Below, piece after piece: positions 18,142 through 27,601 of a stretch of 32,247 nucleotides of DNA. This stretch comes from Candidatus Micrarchaeota archaeon. Its GTDB lineage: Archaea > Micrarchaeota > Micrarchaeia > Norongarragalinales > SBBD01. Location: NCBI GenBank assembly GCA_043806595.1, contig JAZDGU010000035.1, positions 1 through 32,247 on the forward strand, given 5' to 3'. The stretch's first letter is position 1, and every line of letters begins with the position of its first letter. Under the pieces are notes generated by a model. It made no database searches. It was not told the DNA's origin and worked only from the letters and a program-made list of their open reading frames with translations. The position numbers were made by a program, and so were the translations under genes.

Positions 18142-19017
18142 TTAGGGGTTGACGAATACCGCGGGCTCGGCCATGCCCCGCCTCATGTAGCCGCGCGTCA
18201 TGACGGGCGTGTTGAAGGCGATGCCGAAGTCGCCGTCCTTGCGCAAGAGAATGAGGCCGCCGTGGCCGCCCGTGCGCTTCTTGATGTGCGTAATGGCTTT
18301 TTCGGCCGCCTCCTGCGCGGTCTTCGATTGGGAGAGGAAGTCGCATGCGGTCTTCGCCGCAAGGGTCTTCATGAACGACTCGCCGTGGCCGGTCGTGCTG
18401 CACGCGCCGCTCTCGTCGTCGGCGTAAGTCCCGCAGCCCACGAGGGGCGAGTCGCCGATGCGGCCCGGCAGCTTGCGGAACGTGCCGCCCGTGGAAGTCG
18501 CGGCGGCGATGTGGCCCTGGCAGTCGAGCGCGACGGCGCCGACGGTGCCGAAGGGCTTGTCATAGCCCTTCGTCCAGCGGGCAAGCTCGCGCTCGCTGAC
18601 GAGTTCGGACATGGAGCAGGCGCGGACGCCGTGGCGGGCGGCGAAGTCCTCGGCGCCCTTGCCGACGAGCAGCGAGTGAGGCGAGGCGTCCATGATTTTG
18701 CGGGCGAGACGGACGGGGTTGCAGACGTTGGAGACGCACGCGACGCTGCCGAGGGAAAGGTCGCCGGACATTATGGCGGCGTCCAACTCCACCTTCTTCT
18801 CGGCGTTGAGGACGGAGCCGCGGCCGGCGTCGAACGCGCCGCTGTCCTCCATGAGCGCGACCGCCTCTTCGACTGCGTCGACGGCGCGGCCGGAGGAGTT
18901 CAGCACCTTCCAGCCGGTCAGGAGCCCGGCCTCGAGGTAGTGGTGCTGGGGCGGCTTCTCCTCGTCCGTGATGCGGGCGGCTCCCCCGTGCACGACTATG
19001 ACGGGCTCGAACTCCAT
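18142..19017 (-). CDS. Isoaspartyl peptidase / plant-type L-asparaginase (Ntn hydrolase)
   Basis: VVHGGA, ELDAAIM, GTVGAVA nucleophile Thr, ATSTGG, GRIGDSP, TGHGE. Confidence 0.95.
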   Translation of the reverse strand: MEFEPVIVVHGGAARITDEEKPPQHHYLEAGLLTGWKVLNSSGRAVDAVEEAVALMEDSGAFDAGRGSVLNAEKKVELDAAIMSGDLSLGSVACVSNVCNPVRLARKIMDASPHSLLVGKGAEDFAARHGVRACSMSELVSERELARWTKGYDKPFGTVGAVALDCQGHIAAATSTGGTFRKLPGRIGDSPLVGCGTYADDESGACSTTGHGESFMKTLAAKTACDFLSQSKTAQEAAEKAITHIKKRTGGHGGLILLRKDGDFGIAFNTPVMTRGYMRRGMAEPAVFVNP

Positions 19018-19102
19018 GCTGGCCACTTGCTATAAGCGGAAAATCGTTATCAGAAAGAAATGTGGGCGGCGGGAGTTAAATACTTGTGGGGTCCGCCGGT
19101 GC

Positions 19103-19834
19103 TCAGCCGCCGATGGCCGATTTTGCAAGGTAGATGCAGGCGACCCCGAAGAGGAGGACGACGGCGTTGGAGGGGTCGTGCCGGTGGTGCGTCTCGGGCA
19201 CTAGGTCGGAGGCCGCGATGTAGAGGAAGCTTCCGGCGGCGATGGCGAGCAGCGCGCCAAGGATTCCTTCGCCGATGTTGGAGAGGAGGAAATACGAGGC
19301 TATTGCACCGATGGGAGTCGCTATGGCGACGATGAACGTGTACCAAATCGCCTTCGAGCGCTCCATGCCCGCGTGGAAGAGCACGGAAAGCGTGGAAATG
19401 CCCTCGGGGAACTCGTGGAGGATGACCGCGAGCGTGGTAACGAGGCCGACACTCGAACTTACCTCGAAGCCGGCACCGATCGCTATGCCGTCGATGAGCG
19501 AGTGGAAGCCGAGGCCGAGGGACGCTATGGCCCCAATCGGGCGAATCTTCTCGTGCTCCTCGTCGTGCGGCGCGTGAACGAGGATAAGATGCTCGAGGAC
19601 GTAGAAAGCGAGAAAGCCCGCGAGTACCCAGATGAGCGCCGCGTCGGAAAGCTCCATGCTCTCGGGGATAAGGTGCAGAAACGCCGTGGCCATGAGGACG
19701 CCTGCGGCGAAGCTGACGAGGAGGATGGAATTCCTGCGGGCGAACTGCTCGCGGTAGAGGAGCACCGCCATGCCCGCGACGGTGGCGAGGCCGGCGAGCG
19801 TGCCGAAAAAGGCGATGTTCAGAAACTGGTCCAT
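19103..19834 (-). CDS. ZIP family metal transporter
   Basis: FAAGVLM..AF.HLIPE, HSLIDG (TM4), HEFPEG (TM5), AAGSFLYIA..DL.PE, His-rich loop. Confidence 0.95.
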   Translation of the reverse strand: MDQFLNIAFFGTLAGLATVAGMAVLLYREQFARRNSILLVSFAAGVLMATAFLHLIPESMELSDAALIWVLAGFLAFYVLEHLILVHAPHDEEHEKIRPIGAIASLGLGFHSLIDGIAIGAGFEVSSSVGLVTTLAVILHEFPEGISTLSVLFHAGMERSKAIWYTFIVAIATPIGAIASYFLLSNIGEGILGALLAIAAGSFLYIAASDLVPETHHRHDPSNAVVLLFGVACIYLAKSAIGG

Positions 19835-19848
19835 GCAAGGGGAAAAGC

Positions 19849-19916
19849 GGCAATATTAATAAGTATTGCCCTAAAAGTTATTAACCAAGGGGTGGATTTC
19901 GGTGGCGGTTAATAAC
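19849..19916. promoter_or_regulatory. Divergent promoter with candidate operator inverted repeats
   Basis: GGCAATA-N8-TATTGCC (19849-19870); TTAATAA-N15-TTATTAA (19856-19884); GTTATTAACC-N20-GGTTAATAAC (19877-19916). Confidence 0.6.
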
Positions 19917-20309
19917 CGGGGCAAGACTGTCGAGATAGTCAGCGTGTCGATGGAGCCTGGGCTTTTGCGTTCTCTTGACTCGCTGTGCACAAGACTGGGA
20001 TACCGGAGCCGGTCGAAACTGGTGCGCATGGCGGTGCGCGCGCTGGATTCGGAATACGCGCAGGTGGAATCGCTTCGAGGCAGGAGGGCGGCGGTGCTCG
20101 TTGCGAGGCATTCAAAAGCGCGCGAGGCGCGGGTGACGGACATAACGCACGAGTTCCACGACATCGTCACCTCGACCATGCACTGCCAGGGGGATGCAGA
20201 CTGCTCGGAAGTCATCGTGGTAGAGGGGGACGCCGGACGCATCACCGAGCTTTACAGGCGGCTGAAGGCCAAGAAGGGCGTGAAGGGAGTCCTCGTTTCG
20301 GTCATGTAG
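19902..20309 (+). CDS. NikR-like ribbon-helix-helix + ACT-fold metalloregulator
   Basis: IVSVSM...LD...GYRSRS.LVR.A RHH domain; THEFHDIV...MH...DCSEVIVVEG C-terminal domain. Confidence 0.9.
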   Translation: MAVNNRGKTVEIVSVSMEPGLLRSLDSLCTRLGYRSRSKLVRMAVRALDSEYAQVESLRGRRAAVLVARHSKAREARVTDITHEFHDIVTSTMHCQGDADCSEVIVVEGDAGRITELYRRLKAKKGVKGVLVSVM

Positions 20310-21552
20310 GCCCGCCGGCTTTGCGGAAGGACGCCTTGAGAGCCTCGATGCCCGGAAGCTTCCTGCCCTGCAGGTATTCGACCACGGCGCCGCCCGCGAG
20401 GGAGATGTGGGAAATCTTGCCCTTGTCGATCCCGAACTTCGCTAGAGCGGAAAGCGAGTGGCCGCCGCCCATGAGGGAGAACGCGCGTGACGACTCTATT
20501 GCCTTGAGGACGGTGCGCGTGCCGTTCTCGAAGAGGGGGTTCTCGTAGAAGCCCTGCGGGCCCTTGTAATAGACGGTCTTGGCGGACGAGATTGTTGCGG
20601 AGAACTCGGCAATCGTCTTGGCGCCGATGTCATAGGGCATGAGGCGGCCGTGGCGCGCCAACTCGGAAACGGGGTATTCCGCGCGCGCCTTGTCCTCCTC
20701 GACGGCCATGTCGGAGGGCAGGACCGCCTTGCCGGAGGGCGCCGATGCGAGGAACTGCTTGAGCTCGGGGATAATCTTGTCGAAGCCCTGCTGCTTGAAG
20801 TAGAACTCCTTGGAATAGCCAACGGATATGCCGGAGGCGGCGAGGCAGAGCTCGCCGAGGACGCCGGAGACCAGGATCTTGTCCACTGCTGAATAAGATA
20901 ACGCGAACTTGAGGAGGCCGTAGACGTCGTCCGGCTTGGCGCCCCCGAGGACGTAGACGTTCGGGCGCTCGGCGTGCTCCAACGCTTTTGCCAGGCCGAT
21001 GAGCTCGCGCTCCATGTTCCTACCGGCGGCGGACGGAAGCATCTGCGGGAAGCCGACGACACTCGCCTGCGCGCGGTGGGAGACGGAGAAGGCGTCATTC
21101 ACGAAATAGTCGGCGGCGGCGGAAAGGCGCCTGACGAAAAGGGCCTTGGCGTACTGGGAAGCGTCCGAGACCTCGGAGGCCTCCTCGGAGTAGAAGCGAG
21201 TGTTCTCCAGAAGGAGGACGTCGCCGTCGCGCATGGCCCCGAGTTTCACGGTGACGTCGTCGCTGAAAAGCGCGTCGAGATACTGCACGCGCACGCCGGA
21301 ATGGCGCTCGAGAAGCACGGCATGCTGCTTCAAGGGGAGGAAATCCTTGCCGAAGACCCTTCCCTGATGGGCAAGGACGGCGGTGCGGGCGCCCTTGCCG
21401 GAGAGCTCGCGGACGACGTTCGCGTGCGCGGCGATGCGCTCGGAGTCCTCTATCGAGCCGTCGGGCGCAAGCGGCGAGTTCAGGTCAGCGCGAAGCAGCA
21501 CGGTCTTGCCCTTGAAGTCGAAGTCGTCCATCGTGAAGTACTGCTTGTCCAT
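20302..21552 (-). CDS. pgk: Phosphoglycerate kinase
   Basis: LRADLNSP, AHQGR, LLENTRF, NDAFSVSHR, LGGAK, GGGH, HISLAGGA. Confidence 0.97.
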   Translation of the reverse strand: MDKQYFTMDDFDFKGKTVLLRADLNSPLAPDGSIEDSERIAAHANVVRELSGKGARTAVLAHQGRVFGKDFLPLKQHAVLLERHSGVRVQYLDALFSDDVTVKLGAMRDGDVLLLENTRFYSEEASEVSDASQYAKALFVRRLSAAADYFVNDAFSVSHRAQASVVGFPQMLPSAAGRNMERELIGLAKALEHAERPNVYVLGGAKPDDVYGLLKFALSYSAVDKILVSGVLGELCLAASGISVGYSKEFYFKQQGFDKIIPELKQFLASAPSGKAVLPSDMAVEEDKARAEYPVSELARHGRLMPYDIGAKTIAEFSATISSAKTVYYKGPQGFYENPLFENGTRTVLKAIESSRAFSLMGGGHSLSALAKFGIDKGKISHISLAGGAVVEYLQGRKLPGIEALKASFRKAGGPT

Positions 21553-21598
21553 GCCGATGACACCGGAAAAGATAGGCCGCGGTGGGGCTATAAAGGTG

Positions 21599-21989
21599 TT
21601 ACCTGCGGCAGAACTGGAGCCATATGCTGCGCTCGCGCGGGCCGTCGAGCTCCAGCAGGATTATGCTCTGCCACGAGCCGAGCCGGATTTCCCCCTTCTC
21701 GACGAAGAACTGGCGGGAAGCGCCGACTAGGCGGGACATGAGGTGCGCGGCGGCGTTGTCGTCGACGGAGTCGTGCCGCCACTTGCCGGTGGCGAGCTTG
21801 CCGAAGAACTCAGCATAGTCCTCCTTCAGGCTCTGGTCGAACTCGTTGACGAAAAGCGCGGCCGTGCAATGCGGCACGAAGGCGGTCAGCACGCCGTCCT
21901 TCCAGCCGTTCTTTTTTACGGCTTCAGCGATCTCCGCGGTGACTGCCACGGTGTCGACCTTTTTTCGTGCGGAAGGAAAGCTGCTGCAT
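21599..21989 (-). CDS. YjbQ/UPF0047 family protein, apparently frameshifted near the 5' end (alternative in-frame GTG start at 21997)
   Basis: PHCTAAL..NE, HD...NA.AH, LGSWQSI...ELDGPR motifs. The ATG at 21989 gives MQQLSFRTKK in another frame. Confidence 0.88.
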
Positions 21990-21993
21990 GCAA

Positions 21994-22635
21994 TCACCCC
22001 TCGAATTTCGACTCTATCACGCGGCGGATTTCCTTGGCTCGGACCTTGCCGACGCCTTCCGCGGCCCGGAGCTGATCCTCGTCCGAGGAAAAGACCGCCT
22101 GCACGGAGCCTAGGCGGCGCAGAAGCGAGCGCGCGGAAGCCGGGCCGATCAAGGGAAGGGATTCGACGATGAACTGCTGGCGCTCGGCAAGGGACAGCGT
22201 AGGCTTCTCGTAGCGGAGCTGGAGGGGCTTGGGGGCCTTGGCCTTCTGTGCCGCAGTTGCCGCAAGGAATTCGGCGAGCTCTGCCTCGGATTCGAAGCGG
22301 AAAACCGGGATGCGGAAGTCCGTTGCGAGCGAAATCATGGCCCCCAGCACGGCCTTGGGGTTGAGGCGGGAGAAGCCGCTGCCCACGACGGCGAATACCG
22401 GCGAGGGCACGTTCTGGAGCTCGCGCGCCTGCGCGAAGAGCCGTCCGTCGACGATGCTGGACTCGAAGTCGGCCGCAGTCTTCCTCTCGACGAACACGGA
22501 ATCGGCTACGACGAAGTCGGCGACGCCGAGCCGCTTGGCCTCGAGCCGGATCCCGAGGGAGAACAGGTGGCGCGCGGCCTTGCTTCTAAGCTCGCGGTCG
22601 TCGATGACTATTGAAAGCGGCTGGGCTTCGGGCAT
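21994..22635 (-). CDS. Stand-alone ERCC4/XPF nuclease + (HhH)2 domain (Hef C-terminal module)
   Basis: IVIDDRE, ADFVV, VERKT..DF..SI.DGRL..Q, LPLIGP..A..LL, GVGKVRA. Confidence 0.93.
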   Translation of the reverse strand: MPEAQPLSIVIDDRELRSKAARHLFSLGIRLEAKRLGVADFVVADSVFVERKTAADFESSIVDGRLFAQARELQNVPSPVFAVVGSGFSRLNPKAVLGAMISLATDFRIPVFRFESEAELAEFLAATAAQKAKAPKPLQLRYEKPTLSLAERQQFIVESLPLIGPASARSLLRRLGSVQAVFSSDEDQLRAAEGVGKVRAKEIRRVIESKFEG

Positions 22636-22673
22636 GACGGGATTACTGCGGCAAGGGAGAAAAAGGCGACGGG

Positions 22674-23447
22674 TCAACGGCCGGCGGGGACGGTCTTGGC
22701 AAAGGCATTGCAGAGTTCTTCGAGCTCGGAAATGGAGAGTGAGCGCACCCTGCGGTCTTTGAAGGGAAGCGAGGGAACGATGCGCTTGAGGGCTTCCTTT
22801 TCCACGGCAAGCGCGCGCGCGGAGTGCAGGAGCGCGTTCTTCACGGACTGGTTCTTGTGCTGGAAGAGAGCGGAGACAAGGCGGTCGTCGAGGGAGAATT
22901 TCTTGTTGCGGTGCAGGTAGACGAGCACGGAATCGACCTTGGGCACGGGGGAGAAGGCCGAGCGGGGCACGACGCCCATTATTTCCAAGTCGGCCCGGGA
23001 CTGTGAGAGCACGGAGAGGCGGGAATACTCGGGGGAGTCGGGTTCCGCTGCCATGCGCACGGCGAACTCCTTCTGGAGGCAGAGGATGGCGTCGCCGAAA
23101 TCCGAATGCAGGAGGCGGACGAGGATGGGGGTGGAGACGTGGTAGGGCAGGAAGCCGACGACTACAGGATAGCCCAAGGAGGCGCGTAGGGCGTCGGCCT
23201 TGACGACCTCGACGTTCTTGAGCCCGGCAGTGCGGCGCGTTATCTCGGCTATGGCGTCGTCGTCGATTTCCATGGCGATGACGCGCTTTGCCCTGCCGGC
23301 GAGGTATTCGGTCACCACGCCGAGGCCGGCACCGATCTCGAGGACTGTCTGGCCGGAGAGGTCCGCGAGGTCCAGATAATCGCGCACGCTCGAGATGTCG
23401 CGGAGGAACACTTGGGAGAGGTACTTCTTCTGTCGGAAGGCGGTCAT
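22674..23447 (-). CDS. ksgA: 16S rRNA adenine dimethyltransferase KsgA/RsmA/Dim1
   Basis: VLEIGAGLG, EID, LPY, QKEFA.R, YSRLSV, F.P.PKVDS. Confidence 0.93.
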   Translation of the reverse strand: MTAFRQKKYLSQVFLRDISSVRDYLDLADLSGQTVLEIGAGLGVVTEYLAGRAKRVIAMEIDDDAIAEITRRTAGLKNVEVVKADALRASLGYPVVVGFLPYHVSTPILVRLLHSDFGDAILCLQKEFAVRMAAEPDSPEYSRLSVLSQSRADLEIMGVVPRSAFSPVPKVDSVLVYLHRNKKFSLDDRLVSALFQHKNQSVKNALLHSARALAVEKEALKRIVPSLPFKDRRVRSLSISELEELCNAFAKTVPAGR

Positions 23448-23460
23448 CAACAGATCAACT

Positions 23461-24582
23461 CTAGCGGAGCATTGCGGAAAGTCTGGCGAACTCGTCGGCG
23501 GGCATGAGGTTGTTCGGGATTACGCCCCAGGCGTACATGTAGGCGCCAACGAGGAGCAGGAGGAGCGCGGGTCGAAACTCGCGGGAGGTCAGCACGTCCT
23601 CAAACGCGATGACGAGCGCGAACGGGAACACCGGCAGGAGGTAGCGGGCGATGTCGTTGTGCGAGATGAAGAGGACGGGCAGCGCAAGGACTAGGGAGAG
23701 GAGAGCGAGGTCGTGGTGCCTCCTGCGGTAGAGGACGGCGATGCCGGCGGCGTAGAGCGCGTAGAGGAAGAGCCAGTATTCGCCCTGCGCCGGGCCGCCG
23801 TAGGAAACCAGGGAGCGGAAGGGCGTAGCGGAAAGAAGGTAGTTGTTGACGGAACCGTAGGCGAAGAAGTCGCCGTAGACCTGGGAGTAGAAGAGGAAAT
23901 GCAGGCAAAGCGCGGCGGGGATGAGGAGGTAGGGGGCGAAGTCAGTGGAAAGCAGGCGGCTGCGGCGCTTCCAGAGGAAATACAGCAAGTAGAAGGCGAA
24001 CAGGAGGACGCCGGTGACGCGGGTGACCGCGGCAAGCGAGGCGAACGCCGCGGAGAAGAGGAAATTCCCCTTCTTGAAGAGGTAGAGGGAGGCGAGGACG
24101 AGGAAGACGAACGCGGGCTCCGTGGCGCCGACGGAATGGTAGACGAGCCAGCGCGCAGGCAGGAATATGAAAACAACGGAAAGGAGGAACGGGTGCCGGG
24201 TGTAGCGGAAGTCCTTCACGAGAAGGTAGAACATGCAGACCGCGAGCACGGAAAACAGGAGAGTGGAGAGGAGCATGGCGTCGAAGGCGTCGGAAAAAAC
24301 GGAAAGCAGGCGGATTGAAGCGGGGTAGAGCGCGAGGTGCGCGGCGTAATAGGAGCGCGGGAGGTTGCCGAAGGAATACAGCGGGTCCTCGGAATAGAAG
24401 GTGCGCGAGACGATGACGTACAGCGGGCCGTCCCAGTAGCGCTTGACGGCGTCCATGCCAGTCTGGGGCAGGGGAACGCCGAAGAAGTCGTCAGAGCCCT
24501 GCAGGAAGGGCAGCCAGACGAAAGCCGTCGATGCGACCATGAGCGCCGAAAGCAGTGCGAGGTGGGCGTTGCGGGAGAACAT
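23461..24582 (-). CDS. GT-C superfamily integral-membrane glycosyltransferase (PIG-V/mannosyltransferase-like)
   Basis: C-terminal 373 aa of track ORF 23461..25476, starting MFSRNAHL. WDG..Y after TM1, LYP, TEP.F, TR..G, RY.L..FP; about 10 TM. Confidence 0.85.
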   Translation of the reverse strand: MFSRNAHLALLSALMVASTAFVWLPFLQGSDDFFGVPLPQTGMDAVKRYWDGPLYVIVSRTFYSEDPLYSFGNLPRSYYAAHLALYPASIRLLSVFSDAFDAMLLSTLLFSVLAVCMFYLLVKDFRYTRHPFLLSVVFIFLPARWLVYHSVGATEPAFVFLVLASLYLFKKGNFLFSAAFASLAAVTRVTGVLLFAFYLLYFLWKRRSRLLSTDFAPYLLIPAALCLHFLFYSQVYGDFFAYGSVNNYLLSATPFRSLVSYGGPAQGEYWLFLYALYAAGIAVLYRRRHHDLALLSLVLALPVLFISHNDIARYLLPVFPFALVIAFEDVLTSREFRPALLLLLVGAYMYAWGVIPNNLMPADEFARLSAMLR

Positions 24583-24607
24583 GCAAGGGGTTCGGGAAAC
24601 GGAATTT

Positions 24608-26635
24608 TTAAGGGTTCGGCCTGGCGGACTTGAGGGAGAAACGCCTGCCGGAGTGCGTGAAGGATAGCGACGCCGGCCGCGGGGCGGGTGAGGCGCACGA
24701 GTAGCGGACCTCGAAGAAGGAGCCCTGCGGGAGCTCGCTGGCGCGCCACTCTGCGAGGCGCCCGAGAACGGTGTCGGAGAGCGAGGCCGGGGGAAGCGGG
24801 AATACCGCATCCGCGGGCACGAAGTCGGAGAGCAGAACAGCAGACAGCGCCCCGCCGCGGTTGGTTGCGCGCAACAGCACCTCGCCGTTGGCGAAGCGCT
24901 TGGAAAGGGAAACACCGGGACGGAAGACGGAGAACGCGATGGCGGCGGCGAAAGCGCAGGAGGCGAAGACCGCGGCAATGCGAAGGGATTGCGGGTCGAG
25001 AAGGACGAGTGCGGACGTGGAGGAAGGCGAAGATTGCATCGCAATGGGAATGGCCGTGGGGAAAGGAGGCGCTTTCGGCGTCGGGGGGCTGGCAGACTCG
25101 ACAGAAAATGCGCCGACGGACGTGAACACCAAGGGCGATGACGGGGAAGCAGGGGCGGCGGGGGAAGGAAGCGAAGAAGGCTCGTTAGAGGGGGAGGGGG
25201 CGCCCGGCCCGACGAGGGAAGGGGAGGAGAAGTAGCCGGAAGAGCCAGACTGGCCGGAGGAAGGGGGAGACGGGGGGAAGCGGAGGAATGTCGTTCCGGA
25301 TTCGGTGCAGGAGAAGTCCACGCAAGCGAAATTCTGGAGGTAGTAGAAGCCGCCCGAGGAATTGAACATCTCCGCAGGGGGGCATGGCCTCTGCTCGAAC
25401 TCGGGGGAGCCGCAGCAGGGATAAAACTCGGGGCATTGGAGGATAACCGCGTCAAGCAGGACGTCGGCCGAGTCATTGAGGAGTGGCGCGCCTTCAGTGA
25501 AGGAGAAAACCGTGCACGAGCGCGGGGGCGAGGCGGTCGGAGCCGGAATTTCGAGGACTGAAGCCTCGGAGGCGTTCAAGACTGTTCGAAAGAGGTGGAC
25601 GGAAGAGTCGTTGCAGGAGACGTTCGTGAGGAAGGAGTCGGACAGCCGGCCGGAGTTATGCAGGGGCAAGGCGAAGAAGTAGGCGGAGCCGTTCGGCTGC
25701 GGCGAGGAATTCGCGGGAAGAAAGCGGGGGCGGCCGTGGATCGCGGTAAGATTGAACGCGGGCTGGGAGAGTGAGAGGGAAATTGACGGGAATACCGCCT
25801 GGTCCTGCAGGGGCATGGAAAAGGGCGGGGAGTAATTGCCGGAGGCCTGTTGGAAAAGCGTGGAAAGGGCGAGGTTCAGTTCGGCGGTTGCGGCGGCGGC
25901 TTCCGGAATCGAAACTGTATAGCGGGAGTCGAAGCTTGAAAGCACGGAGAGATAGGAAGAAAGCGCCTGCGGCGGCACTGGCTGCCAGGAACCTGCCGCA
26001 GTGCCGACGAATGTGAGCCTGATGAGGGAATCGTTTACGTGGAAGCCCGAGATTGCGGCGGAAAGGCCGTCCTCGGAACAGTTGAGGGAAGGCGAAACCG
26101 TGCAGCTCGCGTTGCCCAGCAGGATGCTGACGTTGAAGGAGAAGTTGGACGTCGACGCATTGGAGGAATGGTTGCCAACGGGAATGGGACGAAAGCGGTA
26201 GCACCAGTCGTGGTAGTAGAGGTTGCCGCACTGTGGGTGAAAGTAGTCGCAGGGGGAGCAATAGGCGAAGTCGCCGGGGCCGGTGAAGCCCGCGAGCTCG
26301 CACTTGTCCCTGCCGCCGTGGTCGGGGTCACTGCAGCCGTCGTCGATCCGCATCGCCAGCCCGCCGGCCGCGGAGACCAGGAGGCCCGAGGAAACAGGCC
26401 GCACTTCCACGGACTGGCTGGTTGAGAAATTGACGCGAGCCGGCAGGGAGGAGAACTCCTGGGAAGAAACGGACTCGATGAAACCAGGAAGGATTTCGAG
26501 CGAATCCAAGAGGTTGAAGGGCGACACTTCGAGGGATAACGACGGAATGGAAGAATCGAAGGAAGCGTAACCCGCCGACGCCGCACTGGAAGAGGCGAGA
26601 AACACCGCGAATACGACCGGGAAAAAGAACGGCAA
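24608..26635 (-). CDS. Membrane-anchored Ser/Pro-rich surface glycoprotein
   Basis: Signal peptide, Cys clusters, more than a dozen N-x-S/T sequons, S/P linker, TM, C-terminal Ig-like segment. Confidence 0.8.
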   Translation of the reverse strand: MPFFFPVVFAVFLASSSAASAGYASFDSSIPSLSLEVSPFNLLDSLEILPGFIESVSSQEFSSLPARVNFSTSQSVEVRPVSSGLLVSAAGGLAMRIDDGCSDPDHGGRDKCELAGFTGPGDFAYCSPCDYFHPQCGNLYYHDWCYRFRPIPVGNHSSNASTSNFSFNVSILLGNASCTVSPSLNCSEDGLSAAISGFHVNDSLIRLTFVGTAAGSWQPVPPQALSSYLSVLSSFDSRYTVSIPEAAAATAELNLALSTLFQQASGNYSPPFSMPLQDQAVFPSISLSLSQPAFNLTAIHGRPRFLPANSSPQPNGSAYFFALPLHNSGRLSDSFLTNVSCNDSSVHLFRTVLNASEASVLEIPAPTASPPRSCTVFSFTEGAPLLNDSADVLLDAVILQCPEFYPCCGSPEFEQRPCPPAEMFNSSGGFYYLQNFACVDFSCTESGTTFLRFPPSPPSSGQSGSSGYFSSPSLVGPGAPSPSNEPSSLPSPAAPASPSSPLVFTSVGAFSVESASPPTPKAPPFPTAIPIAMQSSPSSTSALVLLDPQSLRIAAVFASCAFAAAIAFSVFRPGVSLSKRFANGEVLLRATNRGGALSAVLLSDFVPADAVFPLPPASLSDTVLGRLAEWRASELPQGSFFEVRYSCASPAPRPASLSFTHSGRRFSLKSARPNP

Positions 26636-26772
26636 GAGGCACCACCTTTTCTGGCGCCTCCACCGGTTTGCCTGAAGAATCCTCCGACTGCATTATTGCG
26701 GAGGCAGATATTTAAAGGCAAGGGGGTTTTTATGGCATGGGACGGCATATATTTTCAGGGGAGCAGCAGGCA

Positions 26773-27552
26773 ATGCCATCATTTGTTATAGGCAGTGGGA
26801 AGGGGGGAGTGGGGAAGACGCAGACCACCATCAACCTCGGCGCGGCCCTGGCGCACTTCGGGGGGGACGTGACCATAGTCGACGGCAACCTGCCGGTGCC
26901 CGACGTGTCGCTGTATTTCGCGGTGCCGTTCAACATCAAGACGCTCAACGACGTGATACGCGGGAGGGCCGAAGTCGAGGAGGCGACCTACACCCACCAC
27001 AGCGGGCTGAAGATCATACCCTCGGACATCAACCTCAATTCGCTCAACGGCATAACCCAGGATGAGTTCTCGCGCACGCTCAAGAGGCTGAAGAAGAGCA
27101 GCAAGAGCGTGCTGCTCGTGGACTCCGCGCCCGGGCTAGGAGCTGAGTTCATCTCCGCGGCAAAGACCGCTGACCGGATGTTCGTCGTCACCAACCCCGA
27201 GCTGCCCGCGCTCTCCGCGGCATACAAGACGATACAGGTTGCCGAGGCGATAGGCGTGGAAGTCGCAGGCGTCATCCTGAACCGCGTGGGGAGGTATAAG
27301 GGCGAGCTGAGCGAGCACGAAATCCGCGAGGTCATCGGCGACCACCCAATCCGCAAGATTCCCGAGGACTCCGCGGTGCCGACCGCGGGAATTATGGCAC
27401 AGCCGGTGGTGGCCGCGTTTCCGAAGAGCCCCGCGGCAATCGCCTTCAAGAAAATTGCCGCCGAAATCATGGGCGTCGACTACAAGGAGCAGTTCGGGGT
27501 ATGGGACTGGCTCCACCGCGCGGTCTACGGCGACGCCTCGAGCGAGTTCTAG
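26773..27552 (+). CDS. minD: MinD/ParA family ATPase (archaeal MinD type)
   Basis: Deviant Walker A SGKGGVGKT, VDGNL, VDSAPG, VTNPE, ILNR, IPED; ATG at 26773. Confidence 0.9.
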   Translation: MPSFVIGSGKGGVGKTQTTINLGAALAHFGGDVTIVDGNLPVPDVSLYFAVPFNIKTLNDVIRGRAEVEEATYTHHSGLKIIPSDINLNSLNGITQDEFSRTLKRLKKSSKSVLLVDSAPGLGAEFISAAKTADRMFVVTNPELPALSAAYKTIQVAEAIGVEVAGVILNRVGRYKGELSEHEIREVIGDHPIRKIPEDSAVPTAGIMAQPVVAAFPKSPAAIAFKKIAAEIMGVDYKEQFGVWDWLHRAVYGDASSEF

Positions 27553-27601
27553 GGAACGTCAAGGCAAGAGGGCTAACGCGAAACTTAACTTGAAACGAGC
27601 G

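Noticed and set aside
15820..19017. Functional link between GatD (asparaginase fold) and the nearby isoaspartyl peptidase/asparaginase
   Set aside because: Unrelated folds separated by an unrelated gene; no evidence beyond proximity.
24583..25476. N-terminal 298 aa of the 671-aa ORF
   Set aside because: Alternate frame of the surface protein gene; the glycosyltransferase starts at 24582.
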